A DNA stretch of 64,000 bases from the sequence record EF437941, one strand, 5' to 3'. Below the pieces are notes generated by a model, which saw only the letters and a program-made list of their open reading frames with translations, ran no database searches and was not told the origin of the DNA. The translations under genes were made by a program, and so were the position numbers. This document shows, piece by piece, positions 19,310 through 27,466 of this stretch. This DNA comes from Escherichia phage Phi1. Positions within the stretch are counted from its first letter, which is position 1. Every line of letters starts with the position of its first letter.

Positions 19310-19618
19310 TCATTTAGACAAATAATCATTCAGTGCAATCCGGTCGGCGTATGCTGGTGTTACGTCAATCGCAATCACTTTAACGCGTGCTTTCTTGCGA
19401 CCTGGGTTTTCACGTAACCAGTGCTCATGACCGTGAACATTTTTATACTGCGATGCTTCTTCGAAGGTACGGATCGGACCTGGGTAATCAGCGTAAAGGA
19501 TCTCTAGATCTTCGGTGATGTAAAAATATACATCATAATTACTGTTCTCTAGTTTAAGCAGAGACTTTCGGAACATTGGGAGATTTTCGCGGGTAAATTC
19601 AAAGATATTATCTTTCAT
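19310..19618 (-). CDS. H-x-H-W family small protein (member 1)
   Basis: HGHEHWL ... VIAIDVTPAYAD motif block shared with five paralogs. Confidence 0.5.
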   Translation of the reverse strand: MKDNIFEFTRENLPMFRKSLLKLENSNYDVYFYITEDLEILYADYPGPIRTFEEASQYKNVHGHEHWLRENPGRKKARVKVIAIDVTPAYADRIALNDYLSK

Positions 19619-19668
19619 AGTATTATCCTCAATAGTTGGATGAGAAGGGGCGTTAACGCCCCCATATA

Positions 19669-19956
19669 TTAAAACAGTCCTTCATGTACACCGTAGTAGA
19701 GTTCGTCGCTGATAATTTCATTAATGCGACGGTGTGCATATTCCTGATTTGCGAAGTTGTCAGCAAGTTCTACTTTAGTTTCGCCGTCATGAGTCCATTT
19801 AGTGATAACTTTACCATCTGCAAATTTGAAGTTGAACTCTTTAGCTACTGCATCGCGTACCAGACGTGCAAACTTATTGTTGCGGATTGCATTGTCGGTT
19901 TCGTGTGAAGCGTGAGCAAATTTGTTAACTTTCAGAGTGATAGTGATGTATGCCAT
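19669..19956 (-). CDS. Small hypothetical protein, paralog of 22995..23306
   Basis: Shares an AKEFN(F/T)K block with the 22995..23306 product. Confidence 0.5.
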   Translation of the reverse strand: MAYITITLKVNKFAHASHETDNAIRNNKFARLVRDAVAKEFNFKFADGKVITKWTHDGETKVELADNFANQEYAHRRINEIISDELYYGVHEGLF

Positions 19957-20002
19957 AATTTGATTCTCCTAGTTAGAAAGTGTATCTCGTTTTGATGGGG
20001 AT

Positions 20003-20032
20003 ATTATGCTATATCCCCGATCCGGTGTCAAC
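20003..20032 (-). promoter_or_regulatory. Early promoter cassette (TTGACA-N17-CATAAT)
   Basis: Conserved architecture; spacer palindrome GGATCGGGGATAT... Confidence 0.55.
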
Positions 20033-20037
20033 ACTTT

Positions 20038-20316
20038 TTATAAAATAATTTTTTGATATTTTTCTATGATGTTCGTGTAAGTCACATCAACCGCTAGCAC
20101 CGTTGCTTCGAATCCACCGTTTAGCCAATGGCTATGATCATGGTCGTGAAAGAAACCTAGACCAGTACGAAGACCTTCTTTATATTCTGCGCGTACATTC
20201 AGTTTGTCGTCGATAAACAGATAAAACCATGAATTTTTACTAGGATTGATGATACAACCTTTCAGATTAGGGAGAATATCACGACTAAGAATAAACTTAT
20301 CACCTACTTTGAACAT
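20038..20316 (-). CDS. H-x-H-W family small protein (member 2)
   Basis: HDHDHSHWL ... VLAVDVT motif; start placed at the internal Met with GAGGA RBS. Confidence 0.5.
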   Translation of the reverse strand: MFKVGDKFILSRDILPNLKGCIINPSKNSWFYLFIDDKLNVRAEYKEGLRTGLGFFHDHDHSHWLNGGFEATVLAVDVTYTNIIEKYQKIIL

Positions 20317-20320
20317 AATA

Positions 20321-20641
20321 TTAGTCCTCACTTATAAGGTCAAACCAATTGTTTTTCGCATAATGCTTAATGCGTGCTTGATCTGCTTCCGCTGGTGATA
20401 GATTCCATGCAACCACTACAACTTCTGACGCATCGTCATCCGTTTCTGATACCCAATGATTGTGATTCATACAGTTATTTGCTATCGAGTGAGCAAATGA
20501 TTTCATCACTGGAGACGTATAATCATAGTAACGGATTTTCAGATTTTCATCAACATACAAATAGATCGTATAAGGTTTATATTCAGTAACCAGTAACAGA
20601 CAGTTACGCAATTCTGGGAAAATCTTTTTAGTTAATTTCAT
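20321..20641 (-). CDS. H-x-H-W family small protein (member 3)
   Basis: NHNHW ... VVVVAW..SPAEAD motif. Confidence 0.45.
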   Translation of the reverse strand: MKLTKKIFPELRNCLLLVTEYKPYTIYLYVDENLKIRYYDYTSPVMKSFAHSIANNCMNHNHWVSETDDDASEVVVVAWNLSPAEADQARIKHYAKNNWFDLISED

Positions 20642-20843
20642 ATTCTAGTTCTCCGTAATACACGGTAATCCATTTTTCTTCATACTTTGTATCTTTCCAA
20701 CACACAATACCGTTTACTGTGCAATCTTTGGAATTGACGAATGATTCATATTGTTCCGCATCTTCCATCATTTCATGAGCGGTCTTTTCATCGAATATAT
20801 CGCAGATCGCTTTATATGCTCGATAATCTTTAAATTTGCTCAT
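20628..20843 (-). CDS. Small hypothetical protein, paralog of 20846..21055
   Basis: MSKFKDYRAY... shares its N-terminus and a cysteine pattern with the adjacent gene. Confidence 0.45.
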   Translation of the reverse strand: MSKFKDYRAYKAICDIFDEKTAHEMMEDAEQYESFVNSKDCTVNGIVCWKDTKYEEKWITVYYGELEYEIN

Positions 20844-20845
20844 AA

Positions 20846-21055
20846 TTAACACCACTCAAGAGTTTTTGAAAACACATCTATCCATTGTTGAGTATATGCG
20901 GTTTCTTTCCATGATACAATACCAGTCGAATAATGGTTTTTGTTTCCAGAAAAGGACGGGCATTTTGATGCATCTTCCATCATCTTTTCGGCGAACTCTG
21001 GTTCGTATACTCGCAAGATCTGTTGATATGCTTTATAATCTTTAAACTTACTCAT
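20846..21055 (-). CDS. Small hypothetical protein, paralog of 20628..20843
   Basis: MSKFKDYKAY...; tandem duplicate. Confidence 0.45.
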   Translation of the reverse strand: MSKFKDYKAYQQILRVYEPEFAEKMMEDASKCPSFSGNKNHYSTGIVSWKETAYTQQWIDVFSKTLEWC

Positions 21056-21336
21056 AACAACACCACCGATACATCGTAATCATTCGCGGCCTTATCGGCT
21101 TCTTCAACCGACATAATACCTTCTGCGACAATTGGCATAGGGTGATCGTGATTCCACCAATGGTCATGTATATCAATTTCAGTTTTGCCGGAAAATGAAT
21201 CATGTTTGACGTTTTTCACTTTATACCCGATGTGACCGTCGTGGTCAATAAAGATATAGTTTCCGAAAATCGGTGTCTGTAAAATCATACCGAAAAATTT
21301 TTCTTTGTTGTTCGGGTCGAGTGTAATCATTTTCAT
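21052..21336 (-). CDS. H-x-H-W family small protein (member 4)
   Basis: IHDHWWNHDHP ... motif. Confidence 0.45.
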   Translation of the reverse strand: MKMITLDPNNKEKFFGMILQTPIFGNYIFIDHDGHIGYKVKNVKHDSFSGKTEIDIHDHWWNHDHPMPIVAEGIMSVEEADKAANDYDVSVVLL

Positions 21337-21348
21337 AATATATTCCTC

Positions 21349-21528
21349 TTAGAAAGGGATGGTCATTTCTTGAGCTTGTACATTCTCATTAGGATTAAAC
21401 TTAATCCAACCGATATTGTCTACCAGCATATGCACATTTTTATCATATCCTACGTGAGTAGTCAACACTAAATGTGATTTACCTTCAACGATGATTTCCA
21501 TGTACTTCTGAACTTCGATAGCTTTCAT
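21349..21528 (-). CDS. Small hypothetical protein (59 aa)
   Basis: ORF below the track cutoff (MKAIEVQKYM...), read by hand, with RBS downstream of a promoter cassette. Confidence 0.4.
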   Translation of the reverse strand: MKAIEVQKYMEIIVEGKSHLVLTTHVGYDKNVHMLVDNIGWIKFNPNENVQAQEMTIPF

Positions 21529-21560
21529 TTTGATTCTCCGTTTGTTGTCTTGATGGGAGT

Positions 21561-21590
21561 ATCTTACTACTCCCTTTAATCATTGTCAAC
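21561..21590 (-). promoter_or_regulatory. Early promoter cassette (TTGACA-N17-TAAGAT)
   Basis: Variant -10 with the palindrome GGGAGTAGTAAGATACTCCC around it. Confidence 0.45.
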
Positions 21591-21592
21591 TA

Positions 21593-21760
21593 TTATTTGT
21601 TAATTTCCGGTGCGTTGCTTGGATAGTAACCTTCTTTAACACCCAGATATTTTGCAACCATTCCGGTGATCTTCTGTGCTACTACGATATCGAATTTCAG
21701 GTAGTCTTCACCGTGGGTTGCTACAAAGTATGCTTCGCATTCTGCTTTAGTCTGGAACAT
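21593..21760 (-). CDS. Small hypothetical protein (55 aa), paralog of 18318..18485
   Basis: MFQTKAECEAYFVATHGEDYLKFDIVVAQK...; the track ORF has an unlikely N-terminal extension across the promoter. Confidence 0.5.
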   Translation of the reverse strand: MFQTKAECEAYFVATHGEDYLKFDIVVAQKITGMVAKYLGVKEGYYPSNAPEINK

Positions 21761-21793
21761 TTTGATTCTCCTATATCTCGTTGGTATGTGTGT

Positions 21794-21823
21794 AGTATAG
21801 GGGATCGGTGATCCCCTGTCAAC
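21794..21823 (-). promoter_or_regulatory. Early promoter cassette (TTGACA-N17-TATACT) with GATC palindrome
   Basis: Spacer AGGGGATCACCGATCCCCT. Confidence 0.55.
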
Positions 21824-21830
21824 AACTTTT

Positions 21831-22139
21831 TTATTCTTCATCTTCATTTTTATCTTTATATGCGTACTTCATAAATTTGTCTGCTACTTTGTCCGCGTTT
21901 TCAGGTTCTACGTCTGACGCTAGGACAACAGCTAGTTCGGTTTTGTCGTTTCCATCATACCAATGATTATGAGTGTCGTTTTCTTCGATATAAAACGAAT
22001 CATTTGGAGTTGTGCGACAATATACGTCTAAATTCCCATCGATATAAAAGATCCAATCCGAATACAAAATGATTGCGTTAGCCAGATTTTTATTGTCTCT
22101 TACAAAAGGTTCCGCGACAAATAGCTTAGTTTGTTCCAT
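21831..22139 (-). CDS. H-x-H-W family small protein (member 5)
   Basis: THNHWY ... LAVVLASDVEPENADK motif; start at the internal Met with GAGGAAA RBS. Confidence 0.5.
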   Translation of the reverse strand: MEQTKLFVAEPFVRDNKNLANAIILYSDWIFYIDGNLDVYCRTTPNDSFYIEENDTHNHWYDGNDKTELAVVLASDVEPENADKVADKFMKYAYKDKNEDEE

Positions 22140-22155
22140 AATATTTTCCTCAAAA

Positions 22156-22347
22156 TTATACAGCTTCGTAAACTTCCCAATGTTCAGCGCCAACACGCTT
22201 AACGAAAAGGTTTTCTTTGATGTTATTCATAAACGTCTGGATGGATTTAATGCGGTTGGAAGGTTTCCAGTCTTCGTTGGCATTGCGATGATACATAATA
22301 ACATTACCAGTTCGCTTATATTCAGCAACCATTTTAAGACCACACAT
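22156..22347 (-). CDS. Small hypothetical protein
   Basis: 63 aa with GAGGATAA RBS. Confidence 0.45.
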   Translation of the reverse strand: MCGLKMVAEYKRTGNVIMYHRNANEDWKPSNRIKSIQTFMNNIKENLFVKRVGAEHWEVYEAV

Positions 22348-22404
22348 AATATTATCCTCAATTTGTGGGAGAGTATTACCCCTCCCAATGATTGTTATGT
22401 TATA

Positions 22405-22725
22405 TCACACAAAATGGCGTGTCAATGCTTCTTTTGCGGTTCCGCTAAGACTTTCGATCTCGCCTGGCATAACATCAACCGCCAGAACTTCTACAACATC
22501 CTCGGACCCTAACCAGTGAGTATGGCCTTTGTAGAACTTGATAACCAGACTACCTTCCTCATCCCATTTAACACTATCGCTAGCCCACCACACATCACCG
22601 TCGATAAAGTTGATGTAAAGCACACTACGCCACATTGAATTAATTACTTTCAATACTGCGCCTTTCATCTCTTCCACGGTATGGTCTTCCATTTTGAAGA
22701 CCTCACCTACCTGAACTTTTGCCAT
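22405..22725 (-). CDS. H-x-H-W family small protein (member 6)
   Basis: KGHTHWLGSEDVVEVLAVDVMPGE motif. Confidence 0.5.
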   Translation of the reverse strand: MAKVQVGEVFKMEDHTVEEMKGAVLKVINSMWRSVLYINFIDGDVWWASDSVKWDEEGSLVIKFYKGHTHWLGSEDVVEVLAVDVMPGEIESLSGTAKEALTRHFV

Positions 22726-22742
22726 TTAGTCACCTCTCTTTA

Positions 22743-22922
22743 TTACATAACAATCACGCCAGCCGTTGAAAGTTGATGTTTCAACTGAGCATTTTCTGCT
22801 ACCGTCAAATCAATGATTTCTTGTGACGCTGCAATCATATATCCATTGGTGATATTGTTTTGCATCAGTTCAATGGTTTCTTCGTTGTAGCGGATTTTAG
22901 CGATGATTTCGTTGAAGTTCAT
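22743..22922 (-). CDS. Small hypothetical protein (59 aa)
   Basis: ORF below the track cutoff (MNFNEIIAKI...), read by hand, with RBS downstream of a promoter cassette. Confidence 0.4.
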   Translation of the reverse strand: MNFNEIIAKIRYNEETIELMQNNITNGYMIAASQEIIDLTVAENAQLKHQLSTAGVIVM

Positions 22923-22956
22923 GATTGATTCTCCTAGTTCGTTTCGGTATGTGTGT

Positions 22957-22987
22957 ATTATAGGGGATCTCCCGATCCCCTGTCAAC
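22957..22987 (-). promoter_or_regulatory. Early promoter cassette (TTGACA-N18-TATAAT) with GATC palindrome
   Basis: Spacer GGGGATCGGGAGATCCCC. Confidence 0.6.
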
Positions 22988-22994
22988 AACTTTT

Positions 22995-23306
22995 TTAAAG
23001 TTTTTCCATGATAACGGTCATAATTACATCTTCTGCGCGAGCGGTCAGATTATCAGCGTCAGCATGTGGGCGGTTGGTTGTTACAGAGATAACACCGTTG
23101 CGCACTGGTTTGATATTGATATCAAGATGATCCGCGAAACGTTCGCCAGTTACAGAATGAATTTTGGTGTTAAATTCTTTTGCCAGTGCCTTGCGAACTT
23201 CACGAATCAGGGTAGCGTTTTTCAGTTGGTTCTCCGCGCTCATGGTCTTCTGGGTGTTCATGGTTCCGTCGAAGTCAATCATTGGCAGCGTTACGATGTA
23301 TTTCAT
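22995..23306 (-). CDS. Small hypothetical protein, paralog of 19669..19956
   Basis: 103 aa with the shared AKEFNTK block. Confidence 0.5.
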   Translation of the reverse strand: MKYIVTLPMIDFDGTMNTQKTMSAENQLKNATLIREVRKALAKEFNTKIHSVTGERFADHLDINIKPVRNGVISVTTNRPHADADNLTARAEDVIMTVIMEKL

Positions 23307-23351
23307 TTTTGATTCTCCGTTTAAGAAAGTGTGTTTCGTTTTGATGTGTGT

Positions 23352-23382
23352 ATTATAAGGGGATCACCGATCCCCTGTCAAC
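23352..23382 (-). promoter_or_regulatory. Early promoter cassette (TTGACA-N18-TATAAT) with GATC palindrome
   Basis: Spacer GGGGATCGGTGATCCCCT. Confidence 0.6.
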
Positions 23383-23393
23383 AACTTTTTGAA

Positions 23394-23870
23394 TTATTTT
23401 TCTTGATGCTCGCGCTCGTACTTTTCGAAATAAAATTCTACTGGCTGATCGTGGATTGAAAGCAAGCCAAAGCGTTTAGCCGCTCGCAATCCCATATTGC
23501 GCTGAATGTACTTCTGGAAGTTCTCGCGTATACACTTACGCCAGGATTCTAAGCCCATACAGCTTTTATAAAGATTGCATTGCACACACGCCGGATTCAT
23601 GTTATCAAGTATATCATGCTCCGGTTTATGCATTCCTACAACCTTATACTTCCACGATCCATCATCATTACGAGCAATTCGTCCATTTTCATCATAGACT
23701 ACCTTTGAGCGTCGTAATACTGGTTTGATGTGGTCTGCGTGCCAGCGATCCCCTAGTTCCTCGCCACAATAGGCACAACGTCCACCATATTTCATTTTCA
23801 GGATCTGGCGTTGCTCTTTCTTTGACAATTTTTTAGGTTTAGGGGCTTTCGCCCCTTCATTATCACACAT
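23394..23870 (-). CDS. HNH endonuclease
   Basis: CAYCG ... HADHIKP ... N ... CVQCN: HNH core with a Cys4 zinc site; start overlaps the ligase stop. Confidence 0.7.
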   Translation of the reverse strand: MCDNEGAKAPKPKKLSKKEQRQILKMKYGGRCAYCGEELGDRWHADHIKPVLRRSKVVYDENGRIARNDDGSWKYKVVGMHKPEHDILDNMNPACVQCNLYKSCMGLESWRKCIRENFQKYIQRNMGLRAAKRFGLLSIHDQPVEFYFEKYEREHQEK

Positions 23871-25365
23871 CGAATACCTCTTTTACTGTATTTGCAGTGG
23901 TCTTGTCGTAGCGAATACGTTTGATGATCGGGAGAAATAAAGAGAACTCCGGTTCATCTTCTTTACGTGATTTGCTTCGAATGTACCCGTTGCATGTCAT
24001 CTCAATGACTTTTCCGACCAGGTTATGCCGTTCAGCCCATAACATTTCTCGGTCAAGATCATTTCGACGATCGAACGGAATTACACGTTCAATACCATCA
24101 TCACATTTTTCGGTTGTGGTGTCAGTCAATCCCGATCCGGTGTTAGTCATCATTCGTCCGCACGCACTACGGACAGTAAAACCGCCCACCTTATTAGGAT
24201 CTTTACTATGCGGATATACATCAACAATTTCCGCGTCGAAGTCAATCACTTCTTTAAATTTAACCTGATCTTTACTGCGACGATCTTCAAATACACCATG
24301 TAAATTTTTAAGGATAATACCTTCTAATCCCATGTTTACATAGCGATGATATACTTCGCGAGCTTCATCGAGATTGTTAACTACGGTATTTTCGATTATC
24401 TGAACACGAGGATCGTTAAGTTCTTCAACAATCTGTTTTAGTTCCTCAAATCGATCTTTATACTGCTTCGTTGCTTTCTCGTTACCGTAGTACACATCAC
24501 GGTCGATAACATCCCAGACAGTGTAAACAATACATTGGGCTTCTTCTTTTGGAATAGTTCCTTTCAGTGATTTGTTGAGGATACCATTTCCGGTCTGACG
24601 ATCTGCAACAACGGATTCTTTCACTGCTTCCGTTACTGGCGTTAATGGCATTTCCTCTTCTTCAAATATCCATGACAGAGTACCATCATAAACGCTCTCA
24701 ACGAAGTTCTGCGCTGGTGTTTGCGAAAGGGTAGGCATATATACCAATTCGCCATCTAGAACAATTCCACGGCCTCGTAAACGCTCTAAAACCGCAAACA
24801 AATCATCAAGCCCTTGATAGGTATTACCTGAGCGGGTATAGATTGCTAATGTTTCCCCGTCAATATCAGCCATCCCACGAGCGCCATCGCTTTTAAGTTG
24901 TGCATACGCCGGATACTTGATATTAGCAATAGTCTTGTCAGAACATGACGATGCAAGGTGGCACGGCTGCTGGGGGATCAGTTTCTTCCATACCTTGTTT
25001 GCAGTGGTAGCGGAACAACCGCATTCCAGGTCACGATTCAGGACCATCATTGCAACTTTAGCATCATCCTCTGACAAGCAAGTCAGAGTATCGGTAACTA
25101 GCTGTAATGCTGCATTACCAGTTACTTGACGCGTGGCAAGTTTATTTTTAAAGACCTGTAATGCACCGGATAAAGACAATACAGACGAATAACGCGATGG
25201 TTTATCGTATTTCTTTACGCCAAACGTAACCTGTTTGCAATATGCCAGATAAAAGCATTCTTTCAGCGTTTCATTGCTCGCGGATTCTTTCAGAATCTTT
25301 TCTTTCAGCGATGTTTTGTCTGTTGCTGCAAGCTGATTAATGATATTAAGAATTGACATTTTCAC
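23863..25365 (-). CDS. 30: ATP-dependent DNA ligase gp30
   Basis: 500 aa matching T4 DNA ligase, including the adenylation motif AQLKSDGAR. Confidence 0.9.
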   Translation of the reverse strand: MKMSILNIINQLAATDKTSLKEKILKESASNETLKECFYLAYCKQVTFGVKKYDKPSRYSSVLSLSGALQVFKNKLATRQVTGNAALQLVTDTLTCLSEDDAKVAMMVLNRDLECGCSATTANKVWKKLIPQQPCHLASSCSDKTIANIKYPAYAQLKSDGARGMADIDGETLAIYTRSGNTYQGLDDLFAVLERLRGRGIVLDGELVYMPTLSQTPAQNFVESVYDGTLSWIFEEEEMPLTPVTEAVKESVVADRQTGNGILNKSLKGTIPKEEAQCIVYTVWDVIDRDVYYGNEKATKQYKDRFEELKQIVEELNDPRVQIIENTVVNNLDEAREVYHRYVNMGLEGIILKNLHGVFEDRRSKDQVKFKEVIDFDAEIVDVYPHSKDPNKVGGFTVRSACGRMMTNTGSGLTDTTTEKCDDGIERVIPFDRRNDLDREMLWAERHNLVGKVIEMTCNGYIRSKSRKEDEPEFSLFLPIIKRIRYDKTTANTVKEVFDV

Positions 25366-25825
25366 CTCGTTTTGTTAAACGTTCACGAATATCATTGAGG
25401 ATACTACAAAATTCCGATTCAGTCAATATAGTCTTTAACGGATCAGTTCCACCTATACTATGACGCAATTTCTTATTTCCGGTAGCGAGTAATGCTTTAC
25501 AAAATTCTGGGTTATTCCGTGCCATCGTAACAAATGCCAGATGTACCAGTCTGTAATAATGCTCACTCATTCGATGAATCGGGCGACCCTGAAAATATAA
25601 CATGTGATTCTCTATCTTTTCGGTCCTTCCGGTTCTTTTTGCTTTGCCACCGTGCATCAAAAAGATTTCTCTTTGTCTCTGAGGGTTCTTAAATCTTAGC
25701 CCCTGTAAAAATCCTTCTGTGCTGTTAATATCGCAACCAAATAGACGGAATGGTCTTTTATTGAAATTACTCAATTCACCCGATGGATAAGGTCCACCCG
25801 CATAGATATCAATTTCAGAAGTCAT
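25346..25825 (-). CDS. NADAR (YbiA-like) domain protein, tentative
   Basis: 159 aa with SNF ... LLATG-like blocks reminiscent of NADAR domains; sits where T4 has the 30.x genes. Confidence 0.35.
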   Translation of the reverse strand: MTSEIDIYAGGPYPSGELSNFNKRPFRLFGCDINSTEGFLQGLRFKNPQRQREIFLMHGGKAKRTGRTEKIENHMLYFQGRPIHRMSEHYYRLVHLAFVTMARNNPEFCKALLATGNKKLRHSIGGTDPLKTILTESEFCSILNDIRERLTKRGENVNS

Positions 25826-26062
25826 TGAAACTAATCTCGCTAATCAGAGAGAACGGATCATAATCGTCACTAGGAATATCGATAGTAATCGAGTGAGGGT
25901 TTACCCATACACCAAACTGGTCTTCTTCGGTGAATACTTCGGTATGGATTTCGTGGATGTTTACATTCATAGTTTTCATAATAAAATTCCTTAATAATCA
26001 ATAACTTACAAAATCATATAGCCAAAATATAGGCGGGATTATTACCCGCCGTTTAAAAATCA

Positions 26063-26386
26063 TTAACCGTAAACTACCACAATATTCTGTTTGTGCGTTA
26101 CAGTCCATTTCAGGTCGATCTCTTCTTCCTTCTTAACGCCGTTAATAACGTCTGGATGAGGAACTTTATTCATCTTTCCATGTGGCAGTAAAACAGTTTT
26201 ACCCAGCAATTCTTTATCTACCGTCTCGCCAATATCAATAATCTTACCTACCAGCGGAATCTCACCCATAGTGCGCTTTTGCTCAATAATGATCCCCATA
26301 GAGCTTTTTACTTCGGTCCCTGCGCTTTCTGCTTTAGCTTCGATAATTACATAATCACCAAGTGCTTTAGGAGTTTTAACGGTCAT
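26063..26386 (-). CDS. 31: gp31 co-chaperonin (GroES analogue)
   Basis: 107 aa GroES-like profile, upstream of cd as in T4. Confidence 0.6.
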   Translation of the reverse strand: MTVKTPKALGDYVIIEAKAESAGTEVKSSMGIIIEQKRTMGEIPLVGKIIDIGETVDKELLGKTVLLPHGKMNKVPHPDVINGVKKEEEIDLKWTVTHKQNIVVVYG

Positions 26387-26427
26387 AATTTTATTACCTC
26401 TTCAAATCAATACAGTTTAATGATGAA

Positions 26428-26748
26428 TTATTTATAAATTTCGACGATCTGCGCTGGAGTCAGCCCGTCTACATTAATCAGACTATCAAGCCCAAAACTA
26501 CGGAAACCTTCAACTGCAATTTCATATACTGGCAAAGATGTTTCTGATTCTTTACGCGGTTTTTCGACATTAGGAACTAACCACTTTTCGTATGTTTCGA
26601 AAGGCATCAGTGCCGGATCTCGCGTGGCGATCATCTCGCGGACAGTACCATCTTTCTTAGTAAACTGCAAAGAGTGAGTACCGACCGAAAACATTTTCTT
26701 TAGTGCTTCACGAAGTGCGATATTATCAATTTGTTCAGTCATTATCAA
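26428..26748 (-). CDS. Hypothetical protein
   Basis: 106 aa ORF between gene 31 and cd. Confidence 0.45.
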   Translation of the reverse strand: MIMTEQIDNIALREALKKMFSVGTHSLQFTKKDGTVREMIATRDPALMPFETYEKWLVPNVEKPRKESETSLPVYEIAVEGFRSFGLDSLINVDGLTPAQIVEIYK

Positions 26749-27241
26749 TACCCTTCAAATCAGTCAATAATTCTTTTGGAATACGAGTGATCGTAATATC
26801 TGCATTGTTCAGAATATCAGCCCAATCACGCCCACCATTTCGATCATATGTGTCGCAATAATATAGATGTTTAATTCCACTGTTTGCAATTGCTTTAGCG
26901 CAATCTGGACATGGTGAAGCAGTACACCACATACTAGCGCCTTCAATCGATACACCGCTACGGGCAGCAAACAAAATAGCATTTAATTCAGCGTGGATCT
27001 CGTTTTTCTGTGACCATGCACTATGCTCTGGTCGTTTTTCTGGGATCATTTTGCCTTCATCATCCAGCCAACCGCTTTTATGTGCATGACAGCTACAATT
27101 TACTTGCCCTGCTGGAGTGCCGTTAAATCCAGTAGAAATAATTCGCCCGTCTTTTTCGATTAGTGCTCCTACCTTCCACGAAACACATTTAGAGTTCTTT
27201 GCGATTAGATAGGCGATCTGCATGTAAGTTTGTGACAACAT
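26735..27241 (-). CDS. cd: dCMP deaminase
   Basis: Zinc-binding HAE ... PCxxC deaminase motifs (HAELNAI, PCPDCAKAI). Confidence 0.85.
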   Translation of the reverse strand: MLSQTYMQIAYLIAKNSKCVSWKVGALIEKDGRIISTGFNGTPAGQVNCSCHAHKSGWLDDEGKMIPEKRPEHSAWSQKNEIHAELNAILFAARSGVSIEGASMWCTASPCPDCAKAIANSGIKHLYYCDTYDRNGGRDWADILNNADITITRIPKELLTDLKGIDND

Positions 27242-27262
27242 AATATAATCCTCACATATTAA

Positions 27263-27466
27263 TTAACCGTATACGCGAAAGTATTCTACTGATCCGTCGC
27301 TATACTGTTTTACATTGAATGTATTCACACCATGATTATTTCTCATGATGACATATACACTGCGACGTTCATCGCTAAACGGCATAACTGGCGCTGGTTC
27401 AATATCAACACTAAAACCACGTTTAGCAAGTGCTTCGCCTAATTGCTTGAGTTTATCGGTAAACAT
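27263..27466 (-). CDS. Small hypothetical protein
   Basis: 67 aa ORF between cd and pseT. Confidence 0.45.
   Translation of the reverse strand: MFTDKLKQLGEALAKRGFSVDIEPAPVMPFSDERRSVYVIMRNNHGVNTFNVKQYSDGSVEYFRVYG

Noticed and set aside
15870-23390. Regularly recurring GC-rich palindromic repeats that could be mistaken for a CRISPR array
   Set aside because: Spacing between copies is irregular (about 200-1100 bp), each copy sits directly upstream of an RBS and ATG, and the intervening sequence is protein-coding. They are promoter cassettes.
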